This document shows positions 14,753 to 23,617 of a stretch of DNA of 64,000 nt, piece by piece. The translations under genes were made by a program, and so were the position numbers. This DNA is from an uncultured Chloroflexia bacterium. GTDB taxonomy: Bacteria > Chloroflexota > Limnocylindria > Limnocylindrales > CSP1-4. Below the pieces are notes generated by a model. It had not been told where the DNA came from. It saw nothing but the letters and a program-made list of their open reading frames with translations, and made no database searches. Where the stretch lies: NCBI GenBank assembly GCA_963766735.1, contig CAVYBU010000007.1, positions 320,001 to 384,000 of the forward strand, given 5' to 3'. Position 1 is the first letter of the stretch, and each line of letters opens with the position of its first letter.

Positions 14753-15190
14753 TTACGCGGAGAGGGCTGCGGCCTCGATCTCGGCCTCCAGCATCTCCAG
14801 GGACTCGGGCCGGATTGACTCCCGCGCGATCAGGAATCCGCCGGCGTTGACCATCGCGGTCTTGAGCTTCACGGCCCAGCGGTGCTCGAACATGATCACG
14901 AGCGCGGAGGTGTTCGGCTCGAGGTCAGCCGCGATCTCGTCGATGTCCTCCTCGGTCAGCAGGCCGGTGAGGCCCTCGAACATCCCTGCGAACCCGGCGA
15001 AGCGCGGATCGTCCTTGTTGTCGAGCTCCAGGGACTTGGCGTTGCCGTCGATGTCCTTGGTGACGAACACGAGGTCCACCAGGGCGATGATCCCCGAGTC
15101 GATGACCTCGGCGAGGTCCTTGGCGATCTCGCCGTTGAACCGGTTCCCTTCGAACCCGATGACCGTGTACTCGAGCGGTCCCAGCGTCAT
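14753..15190 (-). CDS. DUF6325/DUF1269-like protein
   Basis: LGPLEYTVIGFEGNRFNGEI...DLVFVTKD...FEHRWA pattern; GGAGG SD. Confidence 0.75.
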   Translation of the reverse strand: MTLGPLEYTVIGFEGNRFNGEIAKDLAEVIDSGIIALVDLVFVTKDIDGNAKSLELDNKDDPRFAGFAGMFEGLTGLLTEEDIDEIAADLEPNTSALVIMFEHRWAVKLKTAMVNAGGFLIARESIRPESLEMLEAEIEAAALSA

Positions 15191-15500
15191 GGTTTCCTCC
15201 TGATGTCCCGGGCACGAACGTCGATCCCGGATCGCCGCGAGGATCGACGAGGATCTGTGACGTTCCCCACGCTCGCGCGGAGAGAGTCTAATCCCTCGGG
15301 TGCCGATTGCGCCTCACCCACAACAGGCGATGGTGGCGCAGTCCAGGCCGAGTCGCGCAGTCACATGCCGGCGAGGCTCGTGGGCGCTCGCCGTCCAATA
15401 GGCGCGGCGGACCAGGGGATCCGCGCCGGGATCGCCAACCAGGCGGGAGCGTCAGGCGCTACCGTCCTCGCAGCATCGACGACAGGCAGATGGAGGAGAC

Positions 15501-16538
15501 ATGACCGTGAACACGGGCACCGGCGCCACGGTGCCGCAGCTCGGGCAACCCCCGCACCCGGGGCTCATCGATGCTCGGCAGTCGCTCGGGCCGGCCAAGC
15601 TCGGCGACCTGTTCCCGGAAGGCGAGCTGTTCCGGCGATCGCTGCTGACCTTCGTCGCGCTCCTGGCGCTCGCAGGGCTGATCGCCTCCTTCGGCCTCTA
15701 CCAGGACTCCGTCGCATCGATCATCGGCGCGATGGTCGTGGCGCCCCTCGGGGGCGCGATCATGGCCTTCGCCGGGGCCCTCGTCACGGGGCGGACGCGC
15801 TGGCAGGGGATCACCCTGCTCCAGGTGGGGCTGGGCGCGCTGATGGTCGCCGGGATCGGGTACCTGGTCTCGTGGGTCATGCCCGATCCACTCGCTCTCA
15901 CGCCGTCGCTCGAGGCGCGCACGTCGCCGGGGCTGCTCGACCTGGGCGTCGCGCTCAGCGCGGGAGCCGCCGGCGCCTGGGTCGCCGTCCGCCGCACCGG
16001 CAGCGACGCGCTGCCGGGCGTCGCGATCGCCGTGTCGCTCGTGCCGCCGCTTGCCACGGTGGGGATCTGCCTGGAGCTCGGGCGCCCAGACGACGCGTTC
16101 GGTGCGTTGACCCTGTTCCTCACCAACTTCTGCGCGATCGTCGTGGTGGCCTGCATCGTGTTCATGACGGCCGGCGCTGCTCCCAGCCGGGAGATGATGC
16201 GAGAGCGTCACCGGCTGCGCAATGGCTTCATCCTGGCCCTCGTCGCGCTCGTGATCATCGCGATCCCGCTCGCCATCCACGGCATCGACACGGCTCGATC
16301 GACCATCTGGAGCACGATCGGCGCTCCGGTCGTCCGCGAGTGGGTGGGCGACCGCGACCTCGAGGTGACCGCCTGGAGCATCACCGGCGACACGGTCTCG
16401 ATCGCGCTGACCGGGCCCGATGCCCCGGCCGCGGCCACGCCGCTCGCTGCGTCCCTGGCGCAGGCCATCGGCCAGGCCGTCAACCTGGAGATCAGCTACA
16501 CCCCCGTGGTGCACGAGCAGGCAAGCGCGTCGCCGTAG
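15501..16538 (+). CDS. DUF389 family membrane protein
   Basis: IIGAMVVAPL, ARTSPGLLDL and LPGVAIAVSLVPPL motifs; GGAGG SD. Confidence 0.85.
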   Translation: MTVNTGTGATVPQLGQPPHPGLIDARQSLGPAKLGDLFPEGELFRRSLLTFVALLALAGLIASFGLYQDSVASIIGAMVVAPLGGAIMAFAGALVTGRTRWQGITLLQVGLGALMVAGIGYLVSWVMPDPLALTPSLEARTSPGLLDLGVALSAGAAGAWVAVRRTGSDALPGVAIAVSLVPPLATVGICLELGRPDDAFGALTLFLTNFCAIVVVACIVFMTAGAAPSREMMRERHRLRNGFILALVALVIIAIPLAIHGIDTARSTIWSTIGAPVVREWVGDRDLEVTAWSITGDTVSIALTGPDAPAAATPLAASLAQAIGQAVNLEISYTPVVHEQASASP

Positions 16539-16600
16539 CCGGGGCGTCGCCAGGCGGGTGCGTCGCCGTCGTAGCGCGTCGCCGTAGCCGGGGCGTCGCC
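16524..16600. repeat. Two exact 28-bp direct repeats with a 21-bp spacer
   Basis: AGCGCGTCGCCGTAGCCGGGGCGTCGCC at 16524-16551 and 16573-16600. Confidence 0.9.
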
Positions 16601-16615
16601 GTGGCCCGCCCTCCG

Positions 16616-17443
16616 TCAGCGCGGGCGCACCCGCGGGAACGTGCCGTCGTACGCGGGCACCAGGGAGTCGCCCAGCTCGTCCTCCCCCACCCCGCGGAGG
16701 CCCGCCGCCCAGCGGGCCGTGATCGACACCCAGGCCGGCTCGTTGCGCGACCGCGGGGCTCCCGGCGGCGACAGGAACGGCGAATCCGTCTCGACCAGGA
16801 GCCGCTCCGCGGGGACGAGGGCGACCGCCTCCGCCGAGGGCTCCTCGCCGCGCCGGAACACGAGGCCGGAGAAGCTCACCGCGAGGCCCATCGCGATCAC
16901 CGTCTCCGCGTAGTCCACGGGACCAGAGAAGCTGTGGATCACCGCCGGTGGCCGGCTGCCGAACGCCGCCCGTGCCGGCGCCCCGTCGAACCCCGCTGCC
17001 CTCAGCTCGTCCACGAGCGCGTCCTGCGCGTCGCGCGCGCCGGCGCGCGAGCGACAGTGGAGGATCGCCGGCTTCCCGGTCGCCAGCGCGAGCGCGAGGT
17101 TGGCCCGCAGATTGTCCAGCTGGGCGTCCCACGGCGAGAACATCCGGTCCGAGTCGAGACCGGTCTCCCCGATTCCGACCACCCGCTCGTCACGTGCCCA
17201 GCCCTCGATCGCCCCCCACTCGGCATCCGTCACCTTCGCGGCGTCGTGGGGATGCACTCCGACGGCCGCGTCCAGCCACGACCATTGGTCGGCCAGGTCC
17301 AGCGCACGCTCGGACGAGTGGGCGTTCCAGCCCGGGACGAGGATCCGCTCGAGCCCGGCCAGGCGCGCGTCATCCACCACGGCTCCGACGTCGTCCGCGA
17401 AGCGGTCCGCGTTGAGATGCCCGTGGGAGTCGATCAGGCGCAC
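16616..17443 (-). CDS. tatD: TatD family hydrolase
   Basis: IDSHGHL, GVHPH, IGETGLD, LHCR, IHSF and LVETDSPF motifs. Confidence 0.92.
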   Translation of the reverse strand: MRLIDSHGHLNADRFADDVGAVVDDARLAGLERILVPGWNAHSSERALDLADQWSWLDAAVGVHPHDAAKVTDAEWGAIEGWARDERVVGIGETGLDSDRMFSPWDAQLDNLRANLALALATGKPAILHCRSRAGARDAQDALVDELRAAGFDGAPARAAFGSRPPAVIHSFSGPVDYAETVIAMGLAVSFSGLVFRRGEEPSAEAVALVPAERLLVETDSPFLSPPGAPRSRNEPAWVSITARWAAGLRGVGEDELGDSLVPAYDGTFPRVRPR

Positions 17444-17518
17444 GGGTCGATGGTACGCGGCGCGTGGGCCCGACGGTTGGAGACCACTCGGCCGGCGATG
17501 GGCCCGAGCCGGTGCGTG

Positions 17519-17893
17519 TCAGCGGCGAGGGGCGTCGGGCGATGCCTCGAACAGGCCAACCTCGGTGCCCTCGGAATCGAGAACCACGGCAAACCGGCCC
17601 ATGCCCGCGCCGATCACCGTCGGGGCCTCCACGATCGACCCGCCGTTCGTTTCGGCCGCGGCGCAGGCATCCTCGAGCGAATCGACGGAGATGTAGATCC
17701 GGAGTGCCCTGGCGATCGTCTCGCCACGCGTGCCGATGGCCCCGCCCTGCCCTGGTGCGGTGCTGAACAGGTGGTAGCCGGGCATCTCCGGCATCTCGCC
17801 GAACTCCCAGCCCGCGACCGCGGCATAGAAGCGCTTCGCGCGCTCGGGATCGTCGGCGGGGAACTCGACGTGGGTGATCTCGCCTCTGGCCAT
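17519..17893 (-). CDS. VOC/glyoxalase family protein
   Basis: ITHVEFPADDPERAKRFY...GRFAVVLDSEGTEVGLF. Confidence 0.88.
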   Translation of the reverse strand: MARGEITHVEFPADDPERAKRFYAAVAGWEFGEMPEMPGYHLFSTAPGQGGAIGTRGETIARALRIYISVDSLEDACAAAETNGGSIVEAPTVIGAGMGRFAVVLDSEGTEVGLFEASPDAPRR

Positions 17894-17964
17894 GACCAGC
17901 ACCTCGTGGGACGCGGAGTGGACCCGGAGCATACGGCGACGGCGTCGGCGCGGCTCCAGACGGA

Positions 17965-19614
17965 CTACGCCTCCGGGGCTTCGGCCGTCTCGATCTCGAT
18001 GCGCGGGAACAGCGGCACGGGCGTGTCGGTCACCCGGCCGGGACTGCTCGCCGCTCCCCACACCAGCAGCTCCAGGATCCCGGGGCCACCGTTGCCGTCC
18101 TCCGCGTACGGATACGTGTACCCGAGCTGCTCCAGGATGCGCGGAGCGATGCCAGGCATGAACGGCGCAACCGCCAGCCCCACCAGCCTGCAGGCCTCGA
18201 CCAGGTCGCCCAGCACCCCCCGCAGGCGCGCCTCGGCTTCCACGTCGCCGGCCTTCGCTGCCTTCGCCAGCGTCCACGGCTGCTCGGCATCAACCGTCTT
18301 GTTCGCCCCGCCCACGAATTCCCAGAGCTCGCCCAGGGCGTCATGGAGGAGGGTGGCGTCCAGTCGCTCCCCGTACAGCCGCAGGGTGTCGGTCCAGCCC
18401 TCGGCCAGCGGCGACTGCCCGGCTGCGCGCGGATGCGGCCGTTCCCCGCCGAAGTACCGGTTGACCATCGAGACGGTGCGGTTGACGAGGTTGCCGAAGT
18501 CGTTGGCGAGGTCCGCGTTGTAGCGGCGGACGAACGAGTCCCAGGAGACCTCGGTATCACGATCGAAGGCGACCTCGCGCAGGGTCACGTACCGGGCGCC
18601 GTCCGCGCCGAACGCCGCGACGACCGCGTGGGGGTCCAGGAAGTTGCCCCGGCTCTTGCTCATCCGCTCGCCGCCCTGGACCAGCAGCCAGCCGTGGACC
18701 CAGACGTGCTTCGGCGCATCGATCCCGGCCGACCACAGCATCGCCGGCCAGTAGATGGTGTGGAAGCGGGCGATGTCCTTCCCGATCACGTGGAGATCCG
18801 CCGGCCACCACTCGCGGAACAGGTCCATGTTGTCCGGGAATCCTGCGCCGGTGATGTAGTTGATCAGCGCGTCGTACCAGACATAGATGGTGCCGGCGTC
18901 CGGGTCCCACGAACCGTCCGATCGCTGGGCGGACGATCCGTCCGGCATCACCGGGAACGGGATCCCCCACGTGGCGCCCGCGCGGCTGATCGAGAAGTCC
19001 TGCAGCCCCTGGCGGATGAAGCCCAGCATCTCGTTGCGCCGGTAGTCCGGCTGGACGAAGTCCGGGTTCTTCTCGTACCAGTCGAGCAGGCGGTCCTGGT
19101 AGGCCGACAGCCGGAAGAACCAGTTCCTCTCCGACAGCCACTGCAGCGGCACGTCCGGGTGATTGGGGCACTGCATGCCCTTCGCGGTCTCGTGCAGGTC
19201 GGAGGGCGCCTTGAAGCCCTCGCTGGGGCAGTACCAGCCGTCGTAGCTCGCCTGGTAGATGTCGCCGTTGGCGTACGCCTTGCGGACCATCTCCTGGGCG
19301 GAGCGGTAGTGGTCAGGGTCGGTGGTGCGGATGAACCGGTCGGGGCTGATGAGGAGCGCGTCCTCGGCCGCCCTGAACAGCGCCACCTTCTCGTCCACGA
19401 ACGCGCGAGGGGTGACTCCGAGGGCATCGGCGGACTGGGCGATGTTGACCGAGTGCTCGTCCGTGCCGGTCAGGAACCGCGTGTCGTCGCCCTGCATCCG
19501 GTGCCAGCGCGCGACCACGTCCGCCCCGATCACCTCGTACACGGTGTGGAGTCCGGGCGCGTTGTTCGCGTACGCGATGGCGGTGGTCAGGTAGAAGCGC
19601 TTGCGATCTGACAT
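17965..19614 (-). CDS. metG: Methionyl-tRNA synthetase (short form, atypical HIGH motif)
   Basis: FYLTTAIAY, TGTDEH, FIRTTD, YVWYDALINY, IGKDI.RFH, RMSKS and YNADLANDFGNL motifs. Confidence 0.95.
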   Translation of the reverse strand: MSDRKRFYLTTAIAYANNAPGLHTVYEVIGADVVARWHRMQGDDTRFLTGTDEHSVNIAQSADALGVTPRAFVDEKVALFRAAEDALLISPDRFIRTTDPDHYRSAQEMVRKAYANGDIYQASYDGWYCPSEGFKAPSDLHETAKGMQCPNHPDVPLQWLSERNWFFRLSAYQDRLLDWYEKNPDFVQPDYRRNEMLGFIRQGLQDFSISRAGATWGIPFPVMPDGSSAQRSDGSWDPDAGTIYVWYDALINYITGAGFPDNMDLFREWWPADLHVIGKDIARFHTIYWPAMLWSAGIDAPKHVWVHGWLLVQGGERMSKSRGNFLDPHAVVAAFGADGARYVTLREVAFDRDTEVSWDSFVRRYNADLANDFGNLVNRTVSMVNRYFGGERPHPRAAGQSPLAEGWTDTLRLYGERLDATLLHDALGELWEFVGGANKTVDAEQPWTLAKAAKAGDVEAEARLRGVLGDLVEACRLVGLAVAPFMPGIAPRILEQLGYTYPYAEDGNGGPGILELLVWGAASSPGRVTDTPVPLFPRIEIETAEAPEA

Positions 19615-19643
19615 GGCTGCTCGATGGTAACAGCGGCGGGGGT

Positions 19644-20348
19644 TCAGCCGAGCCCCAACACCCCTGCGACGCGCCCGGCAACAACGGCGATTGCGTCGCC
19701 GGGACGACGTTCGAGGACCGGGATGCCGGCAGCCTCGGCGTCCTCGACCATCGCGCGGGCAAGATGGCGGTCCAGGGCCAGGAACCGCCCGACCGGGTCG
19801 GCGACCGCCGTCACACCGGCCACCATGTCGAGGAACGCGCGGCGATCCTCGGTCGCGGTCCAGACGCGGGCCTGGTCCGCGAGCGGCAGGGCGAGGCAGG
19901 CGACACGATCCGTCGCCACGACGCGAGCCAGCACCCCGACGCTCCCGAAACCGCCGTCGATGAGCAACTGGCGGTCGGGGTCCATGTCGCGGAGCTCGTC
20001 GACGAGCAGGTCCAGTGCCTCCGCGGTGCTGGCCGCCTGGAACGCGAGGTACGCCTCCGGCTCGAGCGCCAGCTGCCAGGCAAGGGGATCGGGCGCCACC
20101 GCCCAGGCGTGACTTGCCGGGTGGCGCGCCGCGTCGAACCTGCCGTGCCAGCTGCCGTAGATCCGGGCGTCCATGTCCAGCACGTCGATGCCCATGCGTT
20201 CGGCCAGCGCGGCACAGACCGTCGTCTTGCCCGTGCCCGCGGCCCCGACGACGAACCGGAGCCCGGATCTCGCCTGCAGGGCTTCCCGGGCGCCGTCGAC
20301 CAGTGCGGCATCTACCGGGCCGGCCTCGCCGTGTGCCATCCCGGTCAT
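19644..20348 (-). CDS. Uncharacterised P-loop kinase-like protein
   Basis: N-terminal Walker A GAAGTGKT and LLIDG Walker B-like strand; ATGA overlap with the upstream gene. Confidence 0.7.
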   Translation of the reverse strand: MTGMAHGEAGPVDAALVDGAREALQARSGLRFVVGAAGTGKTTVCAALAERMGIDVLDMDARIYGSWHGRFDAARHPASHAWAVAPDPLAWQLALEPEAYLAFQAASTAEALDLLVDELRDMDPDRQLLIDGGFGSVGVLARVVATDRVACLALPLADQARVWTATEDRRAFLDMVAGVTAVADPVGRFLALDRHLARAMVEDAEAAGIPVLERRPGDAIAVVAGRVAGVLGLG

Positions 20349-21313
20349 CGGAGCGCTGCGCTGAAGAAGCCTGCCAGGCGCTCCTCGTACAGCTCGGGAT
20401 CGACGAAGGCAGCCTGCACGTGTTCCACTCCCTCGAGGATCCACGGATCGACGGCTGTTCCACCCTGGCCCGCGGCAGCGGCGAGCGCGATGCCCTGGCT
20501 GACGTCGATGGTGGCGTCCGATGAGCCGTGGACGATGTACACGGGACGGCCCGCCAGCCTGGTCCGGAAGTAGTCCGCCGGGCTCGCTCCGAGCAGGTCG
20601 TCGCCGCCGATGATCCCGCCGATGAAGAGCGCACCGGGGACGAGCCAGCCGGGTTTGTCGTTGGCGTCGGCGTAGAAGGTCGACGCCTCCAGGATGTTGG
20701 CGTACGGGCTGTCGAGAAAGGCCGCTGCAATCGCGGGCTCGCGACCCATCGCGATCGAGACAGACCCGGCGCCCATCGAGCTGCCGTACAGGCCGATGTG
20801 ATCCGCCGTGTACCCCAGGTCCCGGAGCCACTGCCAGGCGCCCAGCACGTCCTGCCACTCGTCGGTGCCGCCAGCCCAATGCCCGTCCTCGCTGTCCAAT
20901 TCGCCGTGGTCCCGCAGATCCGGCACCAGCACCCCGAAGCCGGCCCGCGCAAGCATGCCCGCGGGCAGCAGCGAGGTGGCGTCGCGGCGGCACGAGCCCT
21001 TGCCGTGGACCACGATCACAACCCGATCCCCGCCGTCTCGCGGCGCGACCCACCAGGCGCGGAGCGTCAGCCCGGACGTGAGGCTCGGAATCGACACATC
21101 CTGCGCGTCGAAGTGGAACGCGGCGGCGTCCACGAACGGCCCGGTCTCCTGGTTCCACGCGCCGACGAAGTTCGCAGGCGTCTGGGTGGTGCGCGTGGCG
21201 AGGCAGCTCCCATCGACCGTCGTGATCTGGTCCCAGGCGGCGGCCGACACCCCGAGGTACGCCACCACCCCAACCCCAACAGCGAGGACCAGGGCGATCA
21301 GCAGTTTGCGCAC
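20345..21313 (-). CDS. Signal-anchored alpha/beta hydrolase
   Basis: N-terminal hydrophobic anchor, VHG, DLRDHG, GSSMG nucleophile elbow, HGSSD and C-terminal His (VEHV). Confidence 0.88.
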   Translation of the reverse strand: MRKLLIALVLAVGVGVVAYLGVSAAAWDQITTVDGSCLATRTTQTPANFVGAWNQETGPFVDAAAFHFDAQDVSIPSLTSGLTLRAWWVAPRDGGDRVVIVVHGKGSCRRDATSLLPAGMLARAGFGVLVPDLRDHGELDSEDGHWAGGTDEWQDVLGAWQWLRDLGYTADHIGLYGSSMGAGSVSIAMGREPAIAAAFLDSPYANILEASTFYADANDKPGWLVPGALFIGGIIGGDDLLGASPADYFRTRLAGRPVYIVHGSSDATIDVSQGIALAAAAGQGGTAVDPWILEGVEHVQAAFVDPELYEERLAGFFSAALR

Positions 21314-21349
21314 GTCACCTCCCCGGATGCCTGCGGAACACGATGCGGC

Positions 21350-23617
21350 TCAGTGGCGGAAGTGCCGGGTACCGGTCACGAGCATCGCCGCGCCGGCGGC
21401 CTCGACGTCCACGAGGACCTCCGCGTCCCGCATCGATCCGCCGGGCTGGACGATGGCGCTCACGCCCGCGTCGAGCAGCACACGGGGGCCGTCCGCGAAC
21501 GGGAAGAACGCGTCCGACGCGGCGGCGGCGCCGATCGCGCCTGCTGCGCCCTGGAACAGGCGCGCCTTGTCAACGGCCCCGCGGCAGGCATCCACGCGGC
21601 TGACCTGCCCGGAGCCGACGCCGATGAGCATCCCGTCCCGCACGAGCACGATGGCGTTGGAGACCACTCCCCGGCAAAGGCGCCAGGCGAGGTCCAGGTC
21701 ACGCCGCTCGGCATCCGTCGGCGGCCGCGAGGTGGTGCAGCTCCACTCCGCGGGGTCGTCGATCAGGATGTCAGGGGCGGTGACGAGGACGGCCCCACCG
21801 GCAGTCCGGAACGACCCCAGGTAGTCCACGGCCAGGAGGCCGCGCTTCGTCAGCCCGCTCCGGTCCGCGGCAGCGTCCAGGCTCGGATCCAGGACCAGTC
21901 GCAGGTTCGGCTTCGCCGCCATGACCGCGCGGGCGTCTTCGTCGAACGCCGGCGCGACCACCACCTCGAGGAAGATCGAGACCAGCCGCTCGGCCAGGGC
22001 CCGCTCCACGGTGCCGGTGACCGCCACCACGCCGCCGAAGGCCGAGACAGGGTCGCCGGCCAGCGCCGAATCCCATGCCTCGAGCAGGGTTTCGCGCTCG
22101 GCGGCGCCGCACGGGTTCGTGTGCTTGACGATGACCACGGCGGGGCCGCGCATGAGGCGTGCGAGGGAGGCCGCGGCGGACGCGTCGAGCACGTTGTTGT
22201 AGCTGAGCGCCTTGCCCTGGAGCGGCGGCTCGCCGCTCGCGAAGGGCCCCTCCGCGGTTCGCGGTTCACGGTCGGTGCGGCGGTAGCGAGCGGCCGGCTG
22301 GTGGGGGTTCTCGCCGTAGCGGAGGGACTCGACCTTCTCGAGCGAGATCGTCAACACCGGCGGGTACGGGTCTTCGGAGCCTGGCAGACCGGGCTCCGGG
22401 GGAAGCTCCACCCCCGCCTCGAGCATCCGGCACGGCAGCTCCGCGGCAATGCGCGCGTCGTAGGCGGCGGTGTGGCGGAACGCCTCCACGGCAAGCGCGG
22501 ATCGGAGGCCCAGCGGGACCTCGCCCTGCTCGTCCAGCGCGGCAAGGACCTCGCCGTACTGCGCGGGCGAGGTGACGATCGCCACCGACGCGTGGTTCTT
22601 GGCGGCAGCGCGGACCATCGACGGCCCGCCGATGTCGATCTCCTCCACGAGGCCGTCGAAGGAGAGGTCGGACCTGCGGGCGGCGGCGGCGAACGGGTAG
22701 AGGTTGACGACGACGAGACCGAAGGGCGCGATGCCTGAGGCCAGGAGCGCCTCGCGGTGGTCGGCGCGGCGACGGTCCGCGAGGAGTCCTCCGTGGACCC
22801 GCGGGTGGAGCGTCTTCACGCGGCCGTCGAGCATCTCCGGGAAGCCGGTCACGGCCGCGACATCGGTCACGGGGAGACCCGCCTCGCGCAGTGCCCGCGC
22901 CGTGCCGCCGGTGCTGACCAGCTCCCAGCCACGGGCGACCAGGCCGCGACCCAGCTCGGCCAGGCCGGTCTTCTCGTAGACGGAGAGGAGGGCCCGTCGC
23001 GGGACGGGGAGGCGGGCATCGGCAACGGCCGTGTCCAGGCGCGCGCGCCGGGCGCCGGGGGCCACCGTGAGCGCCCCGGCCAGCAGCGCTGCCACGGTTG
23101 CCGGCAGGAGCCGGTGCTCGATCGGGTGGATCCGCGCCAGCAGCGAGGCCTCGTCGTCGTCCGGCAGCACCGGGACCGCCTCCTGGGCTGCGATCGGCCC
23201 ACCGTCCAACGTGGCGTCCACGAGGTGCACGGTCACGCCGCTCACGGCCACGCCGGCGGCCAGGGCGTCGCGCACCGCATGGAGGCCGGGAAATGACGGC
23301 AGCAGAGATGGATGGACGTTCAGGATCCGGCCACCGAAGGCCGCCAGGACCGCGGGGCCGATCAACCGCAGATACCCGGCCAGGACGACGACGTCCGGGG
23401 CCACGGCCAGCAGCGTCTCGGCCAGCGTCTCGTCATCGCCGCCGGGGACCAGGATCGTGTCGATCCCCTGCTCCGCCGCCCAGTCCAGCCCCGGGCACGG
23501 CCGATCCGCGAAGACGAGGACCACGTCACCGCCCAGCGTCCCCCGCCCCGCCGCTGCGACCAGCGAGCGCAGGTTGGACCCGGTGCCCGACACCCCGACC
23601 GCGATCCTGCCGCTCAC
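21350..23617 (-). CDS. purH: Fused PurN-PurH: GAR transformylase plus IMP cyclohydrolase/AICAR transformylase
   Basis: N-terminal PurN (SGTGSNL, LAGYL, NVHPSLLP, LDGGPI) is in frame with PurH (RALLSV, STGGT, GRVKTLHP, IDIGGP, RYGENPHQ, KHTNPCG, SDAFFPF, RHFRH). Confidence 0.93.
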   Translation of the reverse strand: MSGRIAVGVSGTGSNLRSLVAAAGRGTLGGDVVLVFADRPCPGLDWAAEQGIDTILVPGGDDETLAETLLAVAPDVVVLAGYLRLIGPAVLAAFGGRILNVHPSLLPSFPGLHAVRDALAAGVAVSGVTVHLVDATLDGGPIAAQEAVPVLPDDDEASLLARIHPIEHRLLPATVAALLAGALTVAPGARRARLDTAVADARLPVPRRALLSVYEKTGLAELGRGLVARGWELVSTGGTARALREAGLPVTDVAAVTGFPEMLDGRVKTLHPRVHGGLLADRRRADHREALLASGIAPFGLVVVNLYPFAAAARRSDLSFDGLVEEIDIGGPSMVRAAAKNHASVAIVTSPAQYGEVLAALDEQGEVPLGLRSALAVEAFRHTAAYDARIAAELPCRMLEAGVELPPEPGLPGSEDPYPPVLTISLEKVESLRYGENPHQPAARYRRTDREPRTAEGPFASGEPPLQGKALSYNNVLDASAAASLARLMRGPAVVIVKHTNPCGAAERETLLEAWDSALAGDPVSAFGGVVAVTGTVERALAERLVSIFLEVVVAPAFDEDARAVMAAKPNLRLVLDPSLDAAADRSGLTKRGLLAVDYLGSFRTAGGAVLVTAPDILIDDPAEWSCTTSRPPTDAERRDLDLAWRLCRGVVSNAIVLVRDGMLIGVGSGQVSRVDACRGAVDKARLFQGAAGAIGAAAASDAFFPFADGPRVLLDAGVSAIVQPGGSMRDAEVLVDVEAAGAAMLVTGTRHFRH

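Noticed and set aside
16524-16600. CRISPR array
   Set aside because: Only two repeats, a 21-nt spacer sharing the repeat motif, overlap with a stop codon, and no cas genes.
14882-18523. 1213-aa plus-strand ORF, and similar long ORFs such as 26120-28798, 20528-22738 and 34866-37133
   Set aside because: Shadow frames of real genes in high-GC DNA; Arg/Gly/Pro-rich with no motifs.
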